This document shows, piece after piece, positions 1-19,702 of a DNA stretch of 64,000 nt (positions are counted from its first letter, which is position 1; each line of letters starts with the position of its first letter). The notes beneath the pieces were generated by a model, which saw nothing but the letters and a program-made list of their open reading frames with translations, was not told where the DNA came from and searched no databases. The DNA comes from Styela clava (lineage: Eukaryota): the NCBI RefSeq assembly GCF_964204865.1, contig NC_135251.1, forward strand, positions 14,322,001 to 14,386,000, written 5' to 3'. The position numbers were made by a program, and so were the translations under genes.

Positions 1-286
1 ATACCGAACATTGTAATGTAAATAGTCGTGTAAAATATTTATTTTGTTAGTCTTTTTCTGCATTTCTTATATTATTTTCATCCTTATTTTGAGCAATACA
101 ATTTTGTCTAATGTGACAGCCTTTAACTTTGCCCAACTCACGGTCTTTTGACCGAAGATAGAGTTGATTGTTGCATCCGTGTACCAAAATTTCAGAGTAC
201 AACATTTTATCGTCCTCGATACGTGAAAATTGCAAAATAAATATTTTTATATCATCTTTCCAATACTACTCTGAATGCAGCAGACC

Positions 287-551
287 AGCGGTTGCAAGCC
301 GGGGACCACAGATCACTTTGGGGGGCACAATGCTCGGCGCAAAACTGATTTTACTTTTCACTTTACAAGAAAAACCGCTCTTCCTAGTTACATTGCTTGA
401 TAAGGTTATTTCACAGTTTTCACTTTTTTGAGCAGGAATTGTTCGAGCACAATGGGATTTAGAATCTACCAATCAAAATAGCACTGGAACGATAAACAAG
501 GGGGCCATGAGTGCTAAAAGCCCCCGGGCCATGGAAGGTTGGGAACCACTG
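287..551. mobile_element. hAT (Charlie-like) MITE
   Basis: Termini cagcggttgcaa ... ggttgggaaccactg, the CAGTGGTTCCCAA-type TIR that recurs across the window. Confidence 0.55.
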
Positions 552-1043
552 CAATAAACAATGTCGTGTCGGAAGGAATGACGGACCGGGTATCCCGGAA
601 GTAAACCAGGTTGAAATACTATCAACGTATTGAAGTATAAAAATCTCACATCTCGGATGTATGAGAGGGACGTTTTAACAAATCCAGATTGTATCAGAGT
701 CTATTTAGCCTACACAATCAGCCAATCCAATTATTATACGCGGATGAAATTTGCTTCCTAGATGGCTCTGGCATCGTAATATCAATTTTGACTTACTCGC
801 TGGATCAACGGCATATCCGCGAAAATCGTGGCACATAAAATATCTTGCGGAAGCTGTTTAGTTAAAAGCTTGAATAGCGTGCTTATAACTGTAACTGCTA
901 AAAACAAACAAATCTGTCTCAAAGCTATACATTTCTTTTAAAAACTAACATGGATTCATATAATTGCATTTGAAACTCAACTATAAATAAATAAAATCAT
1001 AATTTATTAAATCGCAGTGTTATTTGATCCCATAAAATTTCTG

Positions 1044-7499
<6,456 letters not shown>

Positions 7500-10400
7500 T
7501 TTAAACAATAATTATAATAATATCTGAAAACATGACAATATAAAACAATTTTAATTTCAAAATGAACAACAAACATGATCTGAACTAGTGCAACGCAAAC
7601 AATAATATAATCTATAATCAACATATTACATTTATTGGTTGTCAAAAGAGAACAATTCCCAGTAATCTGAAGGTGCTTTATTAGATTTGGCAAAAAAAAA
7701 CAATAAAATACAACACAGATCAATAATAATATATGATAAATTCACATCCCAAACTAAAAATGGCCAAAGCTATCCAATGTATCGCTATTTCGGGTGTATT
7801 CTAGAATAATAATTTTATATATTGAATATCAAATTTTATCACATTTCAAACGGGTCATGTTCAAGAGAGAAAATACTACTATTACATTACAACCTCCGTA
7901 AATTCACAGAAATTAAAACTCACTAATACAGAATGTTTAGAAATGATAATTGTTTTGTTTAATATTCTCATATCAAAGTGCGCAATGTAGAAAAAAAAAT
8001 TTTTTTTTCCGACCATCGAAACATTCTAATTTATTCAAGAAGTCTATTCAGCTTGACTTGGACGATGAGCAAATTGTTCTGTATGACATTAGGGATATTG
8101 ACAAGGATGATATAAAAATATACATGTTGAACGAATTACAAAAGAGATAGAAAAACAGGTCATGGATAGATGGGAAATAATTATTACTAGAACAAGTTTT
8201 AACGAAGTGAAACAAAATCTACAATTGGGCATCAAAACTAACTCAAAGTTACAAATTACAATTTTAACGCAAAATACTTATAATACAATAATCTTGATTT
8301 CTTCTCAGACATACGTTTGAATCAGTTACATAAAATCATGATAATATTCAAGAGGCAAATGTTGGTTTTAAAATACAAGTGGTCTTTGAGTATCACTCAT
8401 CCTTTCATATTCAACATAAAATCATATAAAGATAAAATTTTGGCAATTGTTCCAGTCTTTTATGACAGAGGTGTGCAACCTTTAATAAGGGGGAGGGGGG
8501 GGGCTTGGGAGCAGACACAAACGACTGAGTGAAACCCCAGGCCGCACCTTTATTTAACATACACATTTTAGATACTTTTAACATACAAAAAATTTTGGTT
8601 ATAGATCTTGTGACATACGTTGTTTGTTTCGCACAAGCTTGCTTTAAAGGCATTGTAACATAGGCATAGATGAGAAATTAGTCCAGATTAAATCAAATTA
8701 AAAACTCGTTTCATGTGACGCATACCATTAAAAATTGACACTCCTCTGTGGGTCGCACAATTTTTCCTCGTAGGCCGCAGTTTGCACACCCGTTTTTATT
8801 TTGCACTGCCAGAACAGATGGTAATCTTTGTATATGTGCCTGTCAACTACTGACTGATTTATCTTTACCCCAGACTATAATTGCACCATATGTCATAATT
8901 CATAGTAATTTGAAAATCATGTGTTGGCTTATATATCGCACCAAGAGCAGCTCATGCATTTATATAGCCCCAATAGACCAGAAGCCTTGCTTTAACATAG
9001 GCACCAAAAATTATTCATTTTCATTAGATATCACAGTATCATTGAACATTCGGCAAGATAGAATAATTATTTTTCAATCGCTTGTTAAAAAGACGAAACA
9101 GGAAATCGTATACCTGATTTAAAAGTAAATTAATGTGAAGCATAGAAAATGAGAAAATACATTGAAAAACATGAAAATGACTAAATTTTAAAACATTTGG
9201 GCATCTATATACATATAGCCTATGGTACTAATAAGGACATAGAGACAGGTGGAAATTATATTATTGTGACTTAATAATGTCTAAACTTCCATACCCATGT
9301 CAAATTATAAAATTTGATTTGTTAAAAACCCAATAATGAAAATTCGACTTGACAGTGTCACAGGAACTGGGAATTTCGTTTTCAGAAACCAGTAACTACT
9401 GTTTGATTTTGTTATAGCATTTTCGCTTTATGGCTTCATTTTCATTATTTTCCCCGATTTGTTACTCGTATAGAAAGTTGATGACATAATAATGAGAATA
9501 CTTATATGAATATTTACTACAATGAACGAATACTAGATTTCACTAAATAATCATGTTTATCTTAATACACAGAGCAGCTATGGCACTAGGTTTCTAACAC
9601 AAATATTGGCGAAGCGCAGTATGGGCAAATTCTACTCAATGTAGCTACATGCTAAGCTAGCTTTGAACAATTATTCAAATCAAGAATTGAACAATCGGCA
9701 TTCCACCTTTCATTCAAAATAATATATTACAAATAAATTTATCCCTATAATTTAAAAATTTTAACTGTTTGATAATTCTTTTTCTAGTTGCTGAGTAGAA
9801 ATGTAAACATTTGAACAGTTTGTCAAAAATGTAATTAGAGCTGAGCAAACTTTCTAGTTAAACATGGAAACTGAAAGTGGTTTCCCTTCTATGGCAATTT
9901 CTAGAACAATACCAGTGATGTATTATTCCTAGAACATTGAACCAAATTAGTTATCTTCTATACAAGCATGTATATAGAAAACCTAGGTACAACATGTATT
10001 AGACTCAAATAAAACTTGAAATGGATAGATCATAGATGTTGCATAATCAAGTGAAAATGGACCATTTGGCTAGAGTTTTGTATACTAGCTCCCCCATCCA
10101 AAGTTATATGAAACATCAACATTTTCTATGTTTAGTAGATAACCATTTTATCCTATTTCTTTTTAAACTATTATGATAAACGATGAATAAAAATAAATTG
10201 ATAACAGGGCATCACAAAATAAATGAAACTTGTTAATTTGATTAACAATTTTTGTGTTTCATTTATTTTGGGACACCCAGTATTTTTAATTTAAACTCAG
10301 GTTTAAAAAATTCAGTCATACATAATATTTTAACAAAAAATGAACAACCAGTTATCAACACAGTATTACAATAGGATAGAACGATTACTATGAAGTAAAA

Positions 10401-10507
10401 ATTATTTTTAATAAAAGAAGATAAATCAGATATGACTGTGGGATTGTGCAGCACAAATATTTAAACTTTAAGTGAAACAAAACTTATGTAAACCAATTAC
10501 ATATACA

Positions 10508-12922
10508 TTATTTAAAATAGTAAGCAAGAATGGCAAATATTGCAACCAGTATAATTAAATACAAATTATTGAACAAATAAGATTGATTGCTGCGTTCGTG
10601 CTTCTCCAATGATTTTTGAATTTGTGACAATTTCAACAAAATATGTTGTTGTTGCTCTTGTAGTGACAGTAACGTTTGTTTAGCATCCTCGTCCGCTTGT
10701 AATTTGACTTGCAAAGCTTCGTCATTACTTCTATTGGTCGATTCTTCCATAATTTTAACGCTCTGTATCATGTTTTCATTGTCAACAATCATTCGAGATT
10801 TGCCTGGTGATCTTAGTATAACCCCATTTTTAGTCACAGTAGATATACACCCGTCAGATTCATATTGCACAATGTCATTAACAGTGTCCCAAGGTCGTTT
10901 GTCCAAAAACTTGTACGTCCAATTCTCATTTATTGGATTGTATTCAAAAAGTTTTGGCAGCCAAAGTGTGTCTGTTTTTGCTCTTTCTCGAGCTCCCTTT
11001 CTTTGGTTTTCTTCCAGAATACATTTATATTTTGTGGCTTCATTTTGATCACCAACTTCAATTGCTTTCGTAACATGGCACCAAAGTTTTTGAGATTCAT
11101 TCGGTAGCTGCTGGTTCATGGCAATGACTTGCCTTTGCAACCTAGCTGCACGGATTTCAGGAGTAGGTTTCCAGAATATTGATGTTGTGGCACGCTTCAA
11201 ATCAGTGAGATATATTTCTCTATCCCAAAATCCTTGAATAGTAGCAAGATTCTTTTTCCCATGTAATATACGTCCGTTTATTCTATTGGATGAATCACTT
11301 CCACCAAAGAATGGTTTCAATTTATATTCTATTTCAGTGGTGTAGCCTGTCTTCTGACAAGTAATATCAACTTTTCCTCCAAACTCCATCGTCATAGAAC
11401 CATATAAAAATCCTTTGCAATGTGCATATGGCATTGTCAAAATGTATTCTTCCCTTTTATTTAGAAGAGTGAGGCTTACAGTACCATCAAGAAAAGCAGA
11501 TAAAGAGTTGCCATAAAATTTAGATTTTGCTAATATGCTTCCATGCACAACGAAGCCGTCTTTTTTATTCACAGCTGCAAATGCCGAAATGGGTGGATGA
11601 TGACTCACTTGTTCAGCAATATAATGTGTGAAACTTTCAGTTTCAGGATGTTGCCATTTGCAACGAAAAATTTCACCAATTATGGGGTTATATGGTTTTT
11701 TTATGCCATCAGGTTTTTTGTAGAAACCTGAAAGATACCATTTTGCAACAGCTTTCATTCGTTCATAAGGGTCGTCGACCCTGGCAGCTTTTGATAACAA
11801 ATCAGCATGAAAGTAGTAATCTGACAATTTATCAAGGAAGGAACGAGGTTCTAAAATGAAAGTAGGAAGAACAACTTTAGAAAGATCCATTCCAGGTCGT
11901 AATTGTTTCAAGATTGTCCAAATTAGCCCTTTATTTTCACTAGCTATGTCTTCAGCTGCCTCACCAGCAGATCCTAACTCTTCCATGTCAGTCTTTTCAA
12001 GCACATATTCAGACTCTGGAACTTTGGGTAAAGATTTGTTGCTTTCAGCATCAGATGACACCCTTGAACTGAAGGAGCCAGTTTCCTCACCAGATGTTAC
12101 AAGAGCTTCGTTTTGACCTACAGTGAGATGATTACCATGGCTTTTAGATGGATCTTCACTAGACTGATCTCCAGCATCCAATTGACTACCATCATCAGTT
12201 GATTTTTCACTGTGTGCTTTACTTGGCTTACGTTTCAGTAAAGCTAATTCAAGTCCCTCATCATATGAGTCCCGATCGTCCCCCATGACACTATCAATCT
12301 CTTTCATGCTGACGTCACCTACTGAAAGGGTGTTTTGAGAATCAAGAGTTGGCATAGCTTTTTTCAATAGATTGGAACATTTACGGGCCAGCTCTAATGC
12401 ATCCATCCAGCATTGGCCATCAGATTGAGTTGTTGATCTCAAAATTAGGTGATTTGATGGCAAAGAATGTGTCAATAAACTCATGCTTTCGCCCGAGGGC
12501 CCTTTGGCAGTCCAAATCACTTGGTCAAGAGGATGATAAATTTTGAAACAAAACCCTTCCTTTTTTGATGGTCTTTGAATAATTTCACTCGACGTTAAAA
12601 GAACTGTTCCGATCCATTGCTTCAGTTTTTGAGTTTTGTATAATATTAGCACTCCTGGTTTTAAAACACACCATATTCGACTCCAGTTCTTTAATGTACT
12701 TCGTATTTTCAACCAATCAGAGCGAATTACAACGGTTGGATCTTGTATTGTATTTTTCAACTCATTGTGAACTTTCTTTTTCTCCACCTTATACGACTGT
12801 TTCTGAATTCTCAATGATTCTTTTTTAGTGAGATTAGACCTAATGCTTGCATGACTGGAATCCTGCTCCCAGCTGTTGCTGCTGAACGAGTTGTTGTACG
12901 ATGGAAGATTTTTGTCAGTCAT
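10508..12922 (-). CDS. OSBPL8: Oxysterol-binding protein-related protein 5/8 (PH domain, ORD, C-terminal transmembrane anchor), single coding exon, 804 aa
   Basis: Uninterrupted ORF with KKESLRIQKQSY, a PH domain (WLKIRSTLKNWSRIWCVLKPG), ORD motifs (GMDLSKVVLPTFILEPRSFL, KKPYNPIIGE, EQVSHHPP), a coiled coil and a hydrophobic C-terminus (LYLIILVAIFAILAYYFK). Confidence 0.95.
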   Translation of the reverse strand: MTDKNLPSYNNSFSSNSWEQDSSHASIRSNLTKKESLRIQKQSYKVEKKKVHNELKNTIQDPTVVIRSDWLKIRSTLKNWSRIWCVLKPGVLILYKTQKLKQWIGTVLLTSSEIIQRPSKKEGFCFKIYHPLDQVIWTAKGPSGESMSLLTHSLPSNHLILRSTTQSDGQCWMDALELARKCSNLLKKAMPTLDSQNTLSVGDVSMKEIDSVMGDDRDSYDEGLELALLKRKPSKAHSEKSTDDGSQLDAGDQSSEDPSKSHGNHLTVGQNEALVTSGEETGSFSSRVSSDAESNKSLPKVPESEYVLEKTDMEELGSAGEAAEDIASENKGLIWTILKQLRPGMDLSKVVLPTFILEPRSFLDKLSDYYFHADLLSKAARVDDPYERMKAVAKWYLSGFYKKPDGIKKPYNPIIGEIFRCKWQHPETESFTHYIAEQVSHHPPISAFAAVNKKDGFVVHGSILAKSKFYGNSLSAFLDGTVSLTLLNKREEYILTMPYAHCKGFLYGSMTMEFGGKVDITCQKTGYTTEIEYKLKPFFGGSDSSNRINGRILHGKKNLATIQGFWDREIYLTDLKRATTSIFWKPTPEIRAARLQRQVIAMNQQLPNESQKLWCHVTKAIEVGDQNEATKYKCILEENQRKGARERAKTDTLWLPKLFEYNPINENWTYKFLDKRPWDTVNDIVQYESDGCISTVTKNGVILRSPGKSRMIVDNENMIQSVKIMEESTNRSNDEALQVKLQADEDAKQTLLSLQEQQQHILLKLSQIQKSLEKHERSNQSYLFNNLYLIILVAIFAILAYYFK

Positions 12923-12998
12923 ATTGTTTTGTCATGGCTTAGTCAATTAATTATTTAGACAATCTAAATCAGATATTCAAAATGTAGGGTTTATAGAG

Positions 12999-13881
12999 TA
13001 GGTTTACTACACGCGGTTTAGCTGGGACAGTCCCAATTTTGATGAGCTGTCCCAGCATCTCACCCAGTAGACTTAGATGTACCGGTAAAGCAGTATGGCA
13101 GTCGGAAATATTTTTATTAGTTAATATCAAAACAAAATTGTTTTCATTTTCTGTTAATGGAAGCAGTTCATTGATCACTGATTTGCGACTCACTTCACTA
13201 GTTCAGTGAGAGAGAGAACCACTATATTGTGATAATTATTATATTTAATGCGTCAATTTCCCATGTTATGTCAGTACGGCACACTTTACAGAGCGAGCAA
13301 CATTGTCTCGTTTCAGAGAATCCCATTTTACCGTTGAACAGACATCCCTCCTTTCGCGAACGTATGTTGTTCCTCAATATCGGTAAAAATATAGTAAACT
13401 GAAGAACTGCGCAATAAACTAAATAGAAGTGCAATTTAAAAACATCATCATTGAATTCCTCCAGAAAAAATAATCGGATTTATCTGAAGGAAAAAATTTT
13501 TACCATGGCATTCGAGAGTTTATAGTAAAGAACGACAATTTTGGTCACATGACGACCACGATTAATTTAGATAAATATCGAGACAAGCAGGACACGATAT
13601 GATGCATCTGCCGTAGTGCCCCTCGATTGTGAGACACATGAAGTGTTTGTTTTAATGAACTAAATGACGGGGCATTCTTTGAATTTGGAAACTGTGTCCT
13701 ATTGTATGTTAAATTATTCTAAATGCCGAAAAGAAAGTGCACACTTTTCAATGATTTGAATACCGGAATTACTAAAATTCATACGAGATGAATATTGATA
13801 AGCCTCGGAACCGAACCGAGGTTTGTCCAATCCCCAATCTGTCAATGTCCCAGTTTTTTGTCTCATATAAGTTATAGTCTA
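12999..13881. mobile_element. Degenerate non-autonomous hAT (Blackjack-like) element in the putative OSBPL8 first intron
   Basis: Starts taggtttacta...GGGACAGTCCC...TGTCCC and ends GTCCC...gttatagtcta. The subterminal GTCCC motifs resemble those of the element at 43082-43490. Confidence 0.4.
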
Positions 13882-14667
13882 TGGCAGTGCTTCCCAATCT
13901 TTTCCAGTTCGCGACCCACAATGAAATGTTGATATATGGCAAAAAAACAATTTATCCCCATATAATTTACTCTTAATGCAAAACTTGGGCTTGCATATCG
14001 GATATAATCCAAAAAAGTGGAAGCTTGATAGGAGACAAGCTCACACGGAATGTAGAATTAACTGGTCTCGTGTAGTTTCTTACCTAAATAACTTCTAGTA
14101 GGCATGGCGTAACAATTTTTGGATATGTTATTCCTGACTTCCTGCTTTTGGCCCAATGCCTGCCCTAATGCTGTAATGAAACCACATTTAATCAGAGGCA
14201 TATTTTCTCACTTCAACTTTCCAAACTTTGCTTTTTTTTTATTTCGTTACTCTTATTTTAAATATAATTATCCATTTTGTGGCTTACAAGATAAATAAAA
14301 TACATTAACCCTGTTTAGCCAGTATTCAAAATGTACGAAACTCATTGGACATAATAGGTATTACCGTACCAACTACATAAACCTGCCTTTGCCACTAGCC
14401 TATCTCTGTATCTACACGAATTAAGCAAATTACTAATCTGCCTAGTACTGTAGTACTAGTAGCCCACCTACAGTTTCCGATATCAGAATACATGGAATAT
14501 GTAGCGGTTGGGACAATTGAAATTATTATTGTAAGTAGACAACGAATAATTCTAATTGTTATCGCCCTTCTGCCCTTACAGACTTGATACAGTAATGATA
14601 ATGCCACAAATTCCCAATCGAAAACTATATGTAAAATTCTGACATTTGAAAATACTTCGTGACCCAC

Positions 14668-14880
14668 CTTGAAGAATAGCGACTGGTCTATGGTAGGCCT
14701 AGTTTAGAGGTCCTTTGACTCCTTTCTCCGATATCTCTCCGCAGAGCTATTATTCGAATGGTGCGTTGTCTGCCTTTCAAACATCGACATCGTATCTTCG
14801 CAGAGCGATTGCTCTGTAAACGAGTTGGGACTCACGCGACCGTCGGCCACGAAACTCACGTTCCGTAGTAGTATATATTT
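14668..14880 (-). promoter_or_regulatory. Putative promoter and non-coding first exon of OSBPL8
   Basis: CpG-rich stretch ending in a donor AAG|GTGGGT at 14668/14667. A matching acceptor (atttag|) lies at 12965-12964, 41 nt before the OSBPL8 ATG. A second acceptor-like tttacag lies at about 14815. Confidence 0.5.
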
Positions 14881-15011
14881 ACGCTTATACACATAGAAAT
14901 ATCAAATTGAGAATATGGATGTGTTTTCTCAGCCATTAGAGCTCTTAAAAATCGAAATTACCGTACATCGTAAACTTCAACGTATGGCGCATCGTGCTAA
15001 ACGTTATGAAT

Positions 15012-18000
15012 TAGAGATGTACCGAATACCGTGACCATTTTTGTCGCCGATACCGATACCGACTAAAAACGCCAATACTCATATTCAAAAAAGCCGATAT
15101 TGCCGATACTATGTCATTATTACCTCAAGTGTGCAAGACAGACGGGTCAAGTTAAAACAATAGTCTTTTATTTACAGTGCTCAACATTTCAGATTTAAAA
15201 AGAGATATATCACATATAATCAATGTTTGGGACCAGATGCATTGTGTACTGACGCTAGTAATCTCGGTGTCCAATTAGAAAAACTCGTGGGGTTTGACTA
15301 CGGTGGGCGGTGAAATGAATGAATTTTCACCTATCATATTAAACTGATACATCGAGTTACTTGCGCAGGATTTTGTGCTAATATAACGCCGAAGATATTC
15401 AAATTAGTTGAGCTTGTTTGGTTGATAAATAGCTTAAAACAGGTCAGAATCCCATTCCCGGTTTAGTCAGGCAGAATCATGGCCGGAGGTTGTTTTGAGA
15501 CATAAAGTTTTTTATTGTTTAGATATAATGTCGATACCAAAGTGACCAAACTAAATTTGTGTTGTCGCGGGCATTTCGTTTTCCTGCTTAAAGCTTCGGG
15601 AAATGGATTGGAATATTCAATCTCGTCTTTCTCCCCGAACAAAGCCATGTAAAACCACTGAGATCTAATGACGTGTAACGTGTTTTCTTTTGGAAGAACC
15701 GGAATCTTCCAGGTTCAGCATTGAGTCTAGGGCTGGGCATTTTCGAAACACTGGTGTTTCGAAATCGAAACGAAATTTCGCCTTCGAAACGAAATCGAAA
15801 CGAAACGAAACACGTTTGTCAAAAACAATAAAACCATCATTACCCATCGAATTTAATGTATAATTGCACATATTTTCAAGAATTAAAACCACAAAAACAA
15901 AGCACTGGAGGCTAATTCGTGAGCATGAAACGATAATGATAATTCAATGAAGGTTTTTGCTAATGACAAAGCAGTGACCAAATGGCATCAGAATAATTTT
16001 TACGGATTACGTCATTGTTAGAGATGGGGCTCACAAGCAGCATATATAGCATGGGGCCTCTCAACGTATCAATGCGACCCTGCCCTCATCTTATGTAATA
16101 ATTGGGATCATTTTCTATATTATCCGATGTCACAGAGCCTTGTGATCCAGTGGGGTGATAATACCAAGGAGAGCCATAATACCAAGCCACAACCGAATAC
16201 TTGACTAATACATTTAAAAAAATATCTTTGAATCTGAATTCCAAATACATTCTTAACTCCATGAACACAGGAAATGGGCTTTCATGATATTATCGTTGAT
16301 TGAAATTAGCTATAACTAGGCGCCCAGAGAAATGATTTAAATTAAACAGTAAAATTAATATAAATTCGGATTTTTGTCGCGGCTAACTTTTGTTGTGGCT
16401 GTTTATCGTCAGCGTGACATCGACATCGTTAAGCTAAATTCCGCCACAATTATCCCTCCCCCCACAAATTTTGACTGTTTGTTTTGCTTATAACGCGATT
16501 ATCGTCGTAATCAAATGAGTCGATCCAATTCACAAATTTCCATCCGCCAATGACGGAGAGTTAAGACTGAAAATCGTGTTTCATTTTTCTTCAAGTCAGT
16601 TCTGATTTGAATATTTCACGTCGACTGTTATGCTTTTATTATTGCTTATAAATTAATACCGCAAACTTGCACTGAACTATATTAATATTAACGACGGCAG
16701 TGTAAATCTGCGATAGATACTAAATGATATTTCAAGAGATAGTTCATACGGGGCAAATGCAGGAAATGCTCGGTCACTATAGAAACTAAGGCTGAAAAAG
16801 ATTAATTACGACAAAATTTGATTTTAGATTTATTGCCGCAGTAACCCAGACTATCTCGACTACGTTGAAATATATTCAATATTCTTATAAACACTAAAAA
16901 CGATATTTGAGAGTCGCGATATTCGAATAAATTCGGATATGAAATTCGACTTGGACATCGCTGAATGATATTTTGACTGATTTCAGATTGTTATTGCTAT
17001 GACGTCATAATGTCCGTTTCGGAAGTCGAAACAGCGCCGTTTCGACATATCCGTGTTTCGAAACGTATGCGTTCGCGAAACCGAGATTTGCACCTGTTAT
17101 GCCAACATAGTTGAGTCAAACATTTTGATCACTAGTACATCACACACACTGCTTCGGTTGTACGTGGTAACGCGTACATTTTTGCGCACATGCATCAAAT
17201 TCCACTTGTTTATTGACCTACAGGTTTTTGACGAGCTTCTGTGTATGATTTCATCCCATTGAATTTGTATGCTGTTCTAAAGAATAATAGTTTCAGCTTT
17301 TTCAATCATTCAAACCGCGTGTTGGAAGTAAGTTTTGTAATATTGCGAGTTTGTTTTCAACTGGTTTATTGATATCCATCATTTGACATCCCTAAATCGG
17401 TGATGCCAGTAAATCTTCAATACAAAAGATCAGTATTATCTGCAATAAAAACAGCAGTACCCACTCAAATGACAGCTGTGGGATAAATACTCATATTATC
17501 TGCTCCATCCCGTGGCGTTTCAATATGAAACCTGCCTCTTACCAGTTTACATGAGTATCTTAGCTCAGCCAGAGACAAAAAGTTTCAATCTGCTGTTGGC
17601 GTGACGAAAAGTTTTTAAATATATTTTCTGCAATAAAATTATTGGATTGCATATTACTGAAAGTTACGCCTTATATGTTTTTTCCCCATTGCACGATTCC
17701 TTTACTGATATTATATTCGATAATATGACGCTCATCTGGCATAGTTTTTCAAGTGTGTATAAAGGTATATATAATCTTTTCCACGCAGTTTAGATGGGAA
17801 TGCGCGAATATATCTAAAAAACGCAAATATTGGTTTGCAATGCGATGAAATTCCATCTTGGCATTTCTGCCTCTCGCAATTGCTGCGTATATATTTAACG
17901 GAGAAGTTCTGTGGCGTGGTTATCAAATAAAGAAAACATGGGAGCATTTTTTCCACTTCTCTACTACTCTCAAACCTTGACATTTTGTGAAAACTTTTTT

Positions 18001-18779
18001 CCATTCAGCCTTTTTTTGAAACATCCCCAACAACCACAATTGATTCTGTCATTAAACTTCACTGTGATCTGACGGTACGGTAAACCGTACTGTACTGCGA
18101 ACAGACGTGTCCATATATTTGGGCGTAGCTCTCTTGTATTGTCAATTGTAACGATAGGGTATTTTGAAATAGTACTCCTTATTTTACGCGTATGTTTCAA
18201 CAGTGTTTCCCTATCTATGGGTCGCAACAATTTTTTTCAACAAATACCTAAAAGTTATTGATTTTATTTTCTAGTAAATTTGGTGCTTTCGTAGTATGTG
18301 CACCAAGATGGCGCACAACCTGAACATAGTATGTGTACTAGGTTGAGGTTCAGGTTATGCGCCATTATGGTGCACAGCTTTAACGAAAAACACAAATACA
18401 AATATCAAGCCATAAAAAAAATTGCTCAAGGCTACAAACTCCACATCCATGTAGAAATGATGGGCAATGACCCCAAGATGATTATTCACAAATAAAAAAA
18501 AATTTATGTCTGAAAACAAGGTTGGGGCCCAAAAAGCCCCTTATCTGCCGGACTATTTCTACTTGCGGGGGTGGGGACAGCCATGGCTCATAGTTCACGA
18601 TTTATCCAAGAAAAAAAAATTCAACATCAGTATTCCAAATTATTTTTTAAAACATTTTGGATCATATTAAAAAGCTAAATATATCGGAAATATCGGTCTA
18701 CATTTAGCCAATATCGATATACTACCGATACCGAAAATTTGGCCGATATTGCCGATACGGATATATCGGTACATCTCTA
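15012..18779. mobile_element. Non-autonomous hAT element (TAGAGATG termini) carrying nested insertions
   Basis: TIRs TAGAGATGTACCGA / TCGGTACATCTCTA, subterminal CCGATA repeats, and a perfect 8-bp TSD TTATGAAT at 15004-15011 and 18780-18787. No transposase ORF. Confidence 0.9.
15728..17109. mobile_element. Nested non-autonomous hAT element
   Basis: Termini tagggctgggca ... tgccaacata, subterminal CGAAAC/GTTTCG arrays, and TSD attgagtc / gttgagtc (7/8). Confidence 0.7.
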
Positions 18780-19371
18780 TTATGAATGCGCTCTTCGCCG
18801 CCGTAGGTTGGTTCACATAGCTGCTGGCCGGTTACGGCTTCCTCTACCATAAAGTCCATGCTTCCGAAAACCGGCTAACACATCAAATCCCCATGGACAA
18901 TGCGAGTATTAACAGAGGTGTCCCATAATAATTTAGTTATTTTCGAAGTAACTTGCCCGTTGCCTATTCTTACAATAAAAAAAAAGTATTATTGTTCTGA
19001 AATACTACAATTTGCGTATACATAAAAATGAATGGTATACTGCCCGATTATATTTAGAATTGATTCGTATTTTTGCGATCTTGGTAATTTGAGCCGCTAA
19101 AGATTATTTTCAAAATATCGCCGTTGCAAAATCCCCAACTCGATGATTAAAATTTACATAAATCAGTTTTATATCATCATCACAATAAGGAAGAAATCAA
19201 GGGCGACCCGGCGGTAATTTAGTAATGGATATGAATTAACTACAGGTGACTTCGGTATAGTTTTCGATCGAAAATTCTGAAATTTTGCCATTCAACCACG
19301 CTTAAAATATAGTTTTTTTTTATCTGTCGCGGCACTCCTAAAATAAAATTTCTGGTTTTCCGTTATATTTT

Positions 19372-19373
<2 letters not shown>

Positions 19374-19403
<30 letters not shown>
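19374..19403. repeat. (TA)n microsatellite
   Basis: Pure TA run; shorter runs occur at about 41175-41208 and 58795-58814. Confidence 0.9.
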
Positions 19404-19406
<3 letters not shown>

Positions 19407-19702
19407 GCCACCGCTTCTCATTCTTGATATTAACTCCTTTATTTTCAGTGAAAATTGGATTTGCTTATCCAATCCTTCAGTTGTATTTGACTCTGGTCTC
19501 TAGTGATCTTATAAAAATGAGTTTACCCCATTTTACGCAAATCTCCGGGCGAGAAAAAAATGTTTAGCGAAGTCCTCGGACACATTTTCAGGGGAATACT
19601 TGTGAGATCGCGAAAATATAGTTTACTGATAATTGATATAGTATCGATGTTTAGGCTACGGCCTGAATAGAGAAAACATTCGACGATTTTAACTATTTAA
19701 CT

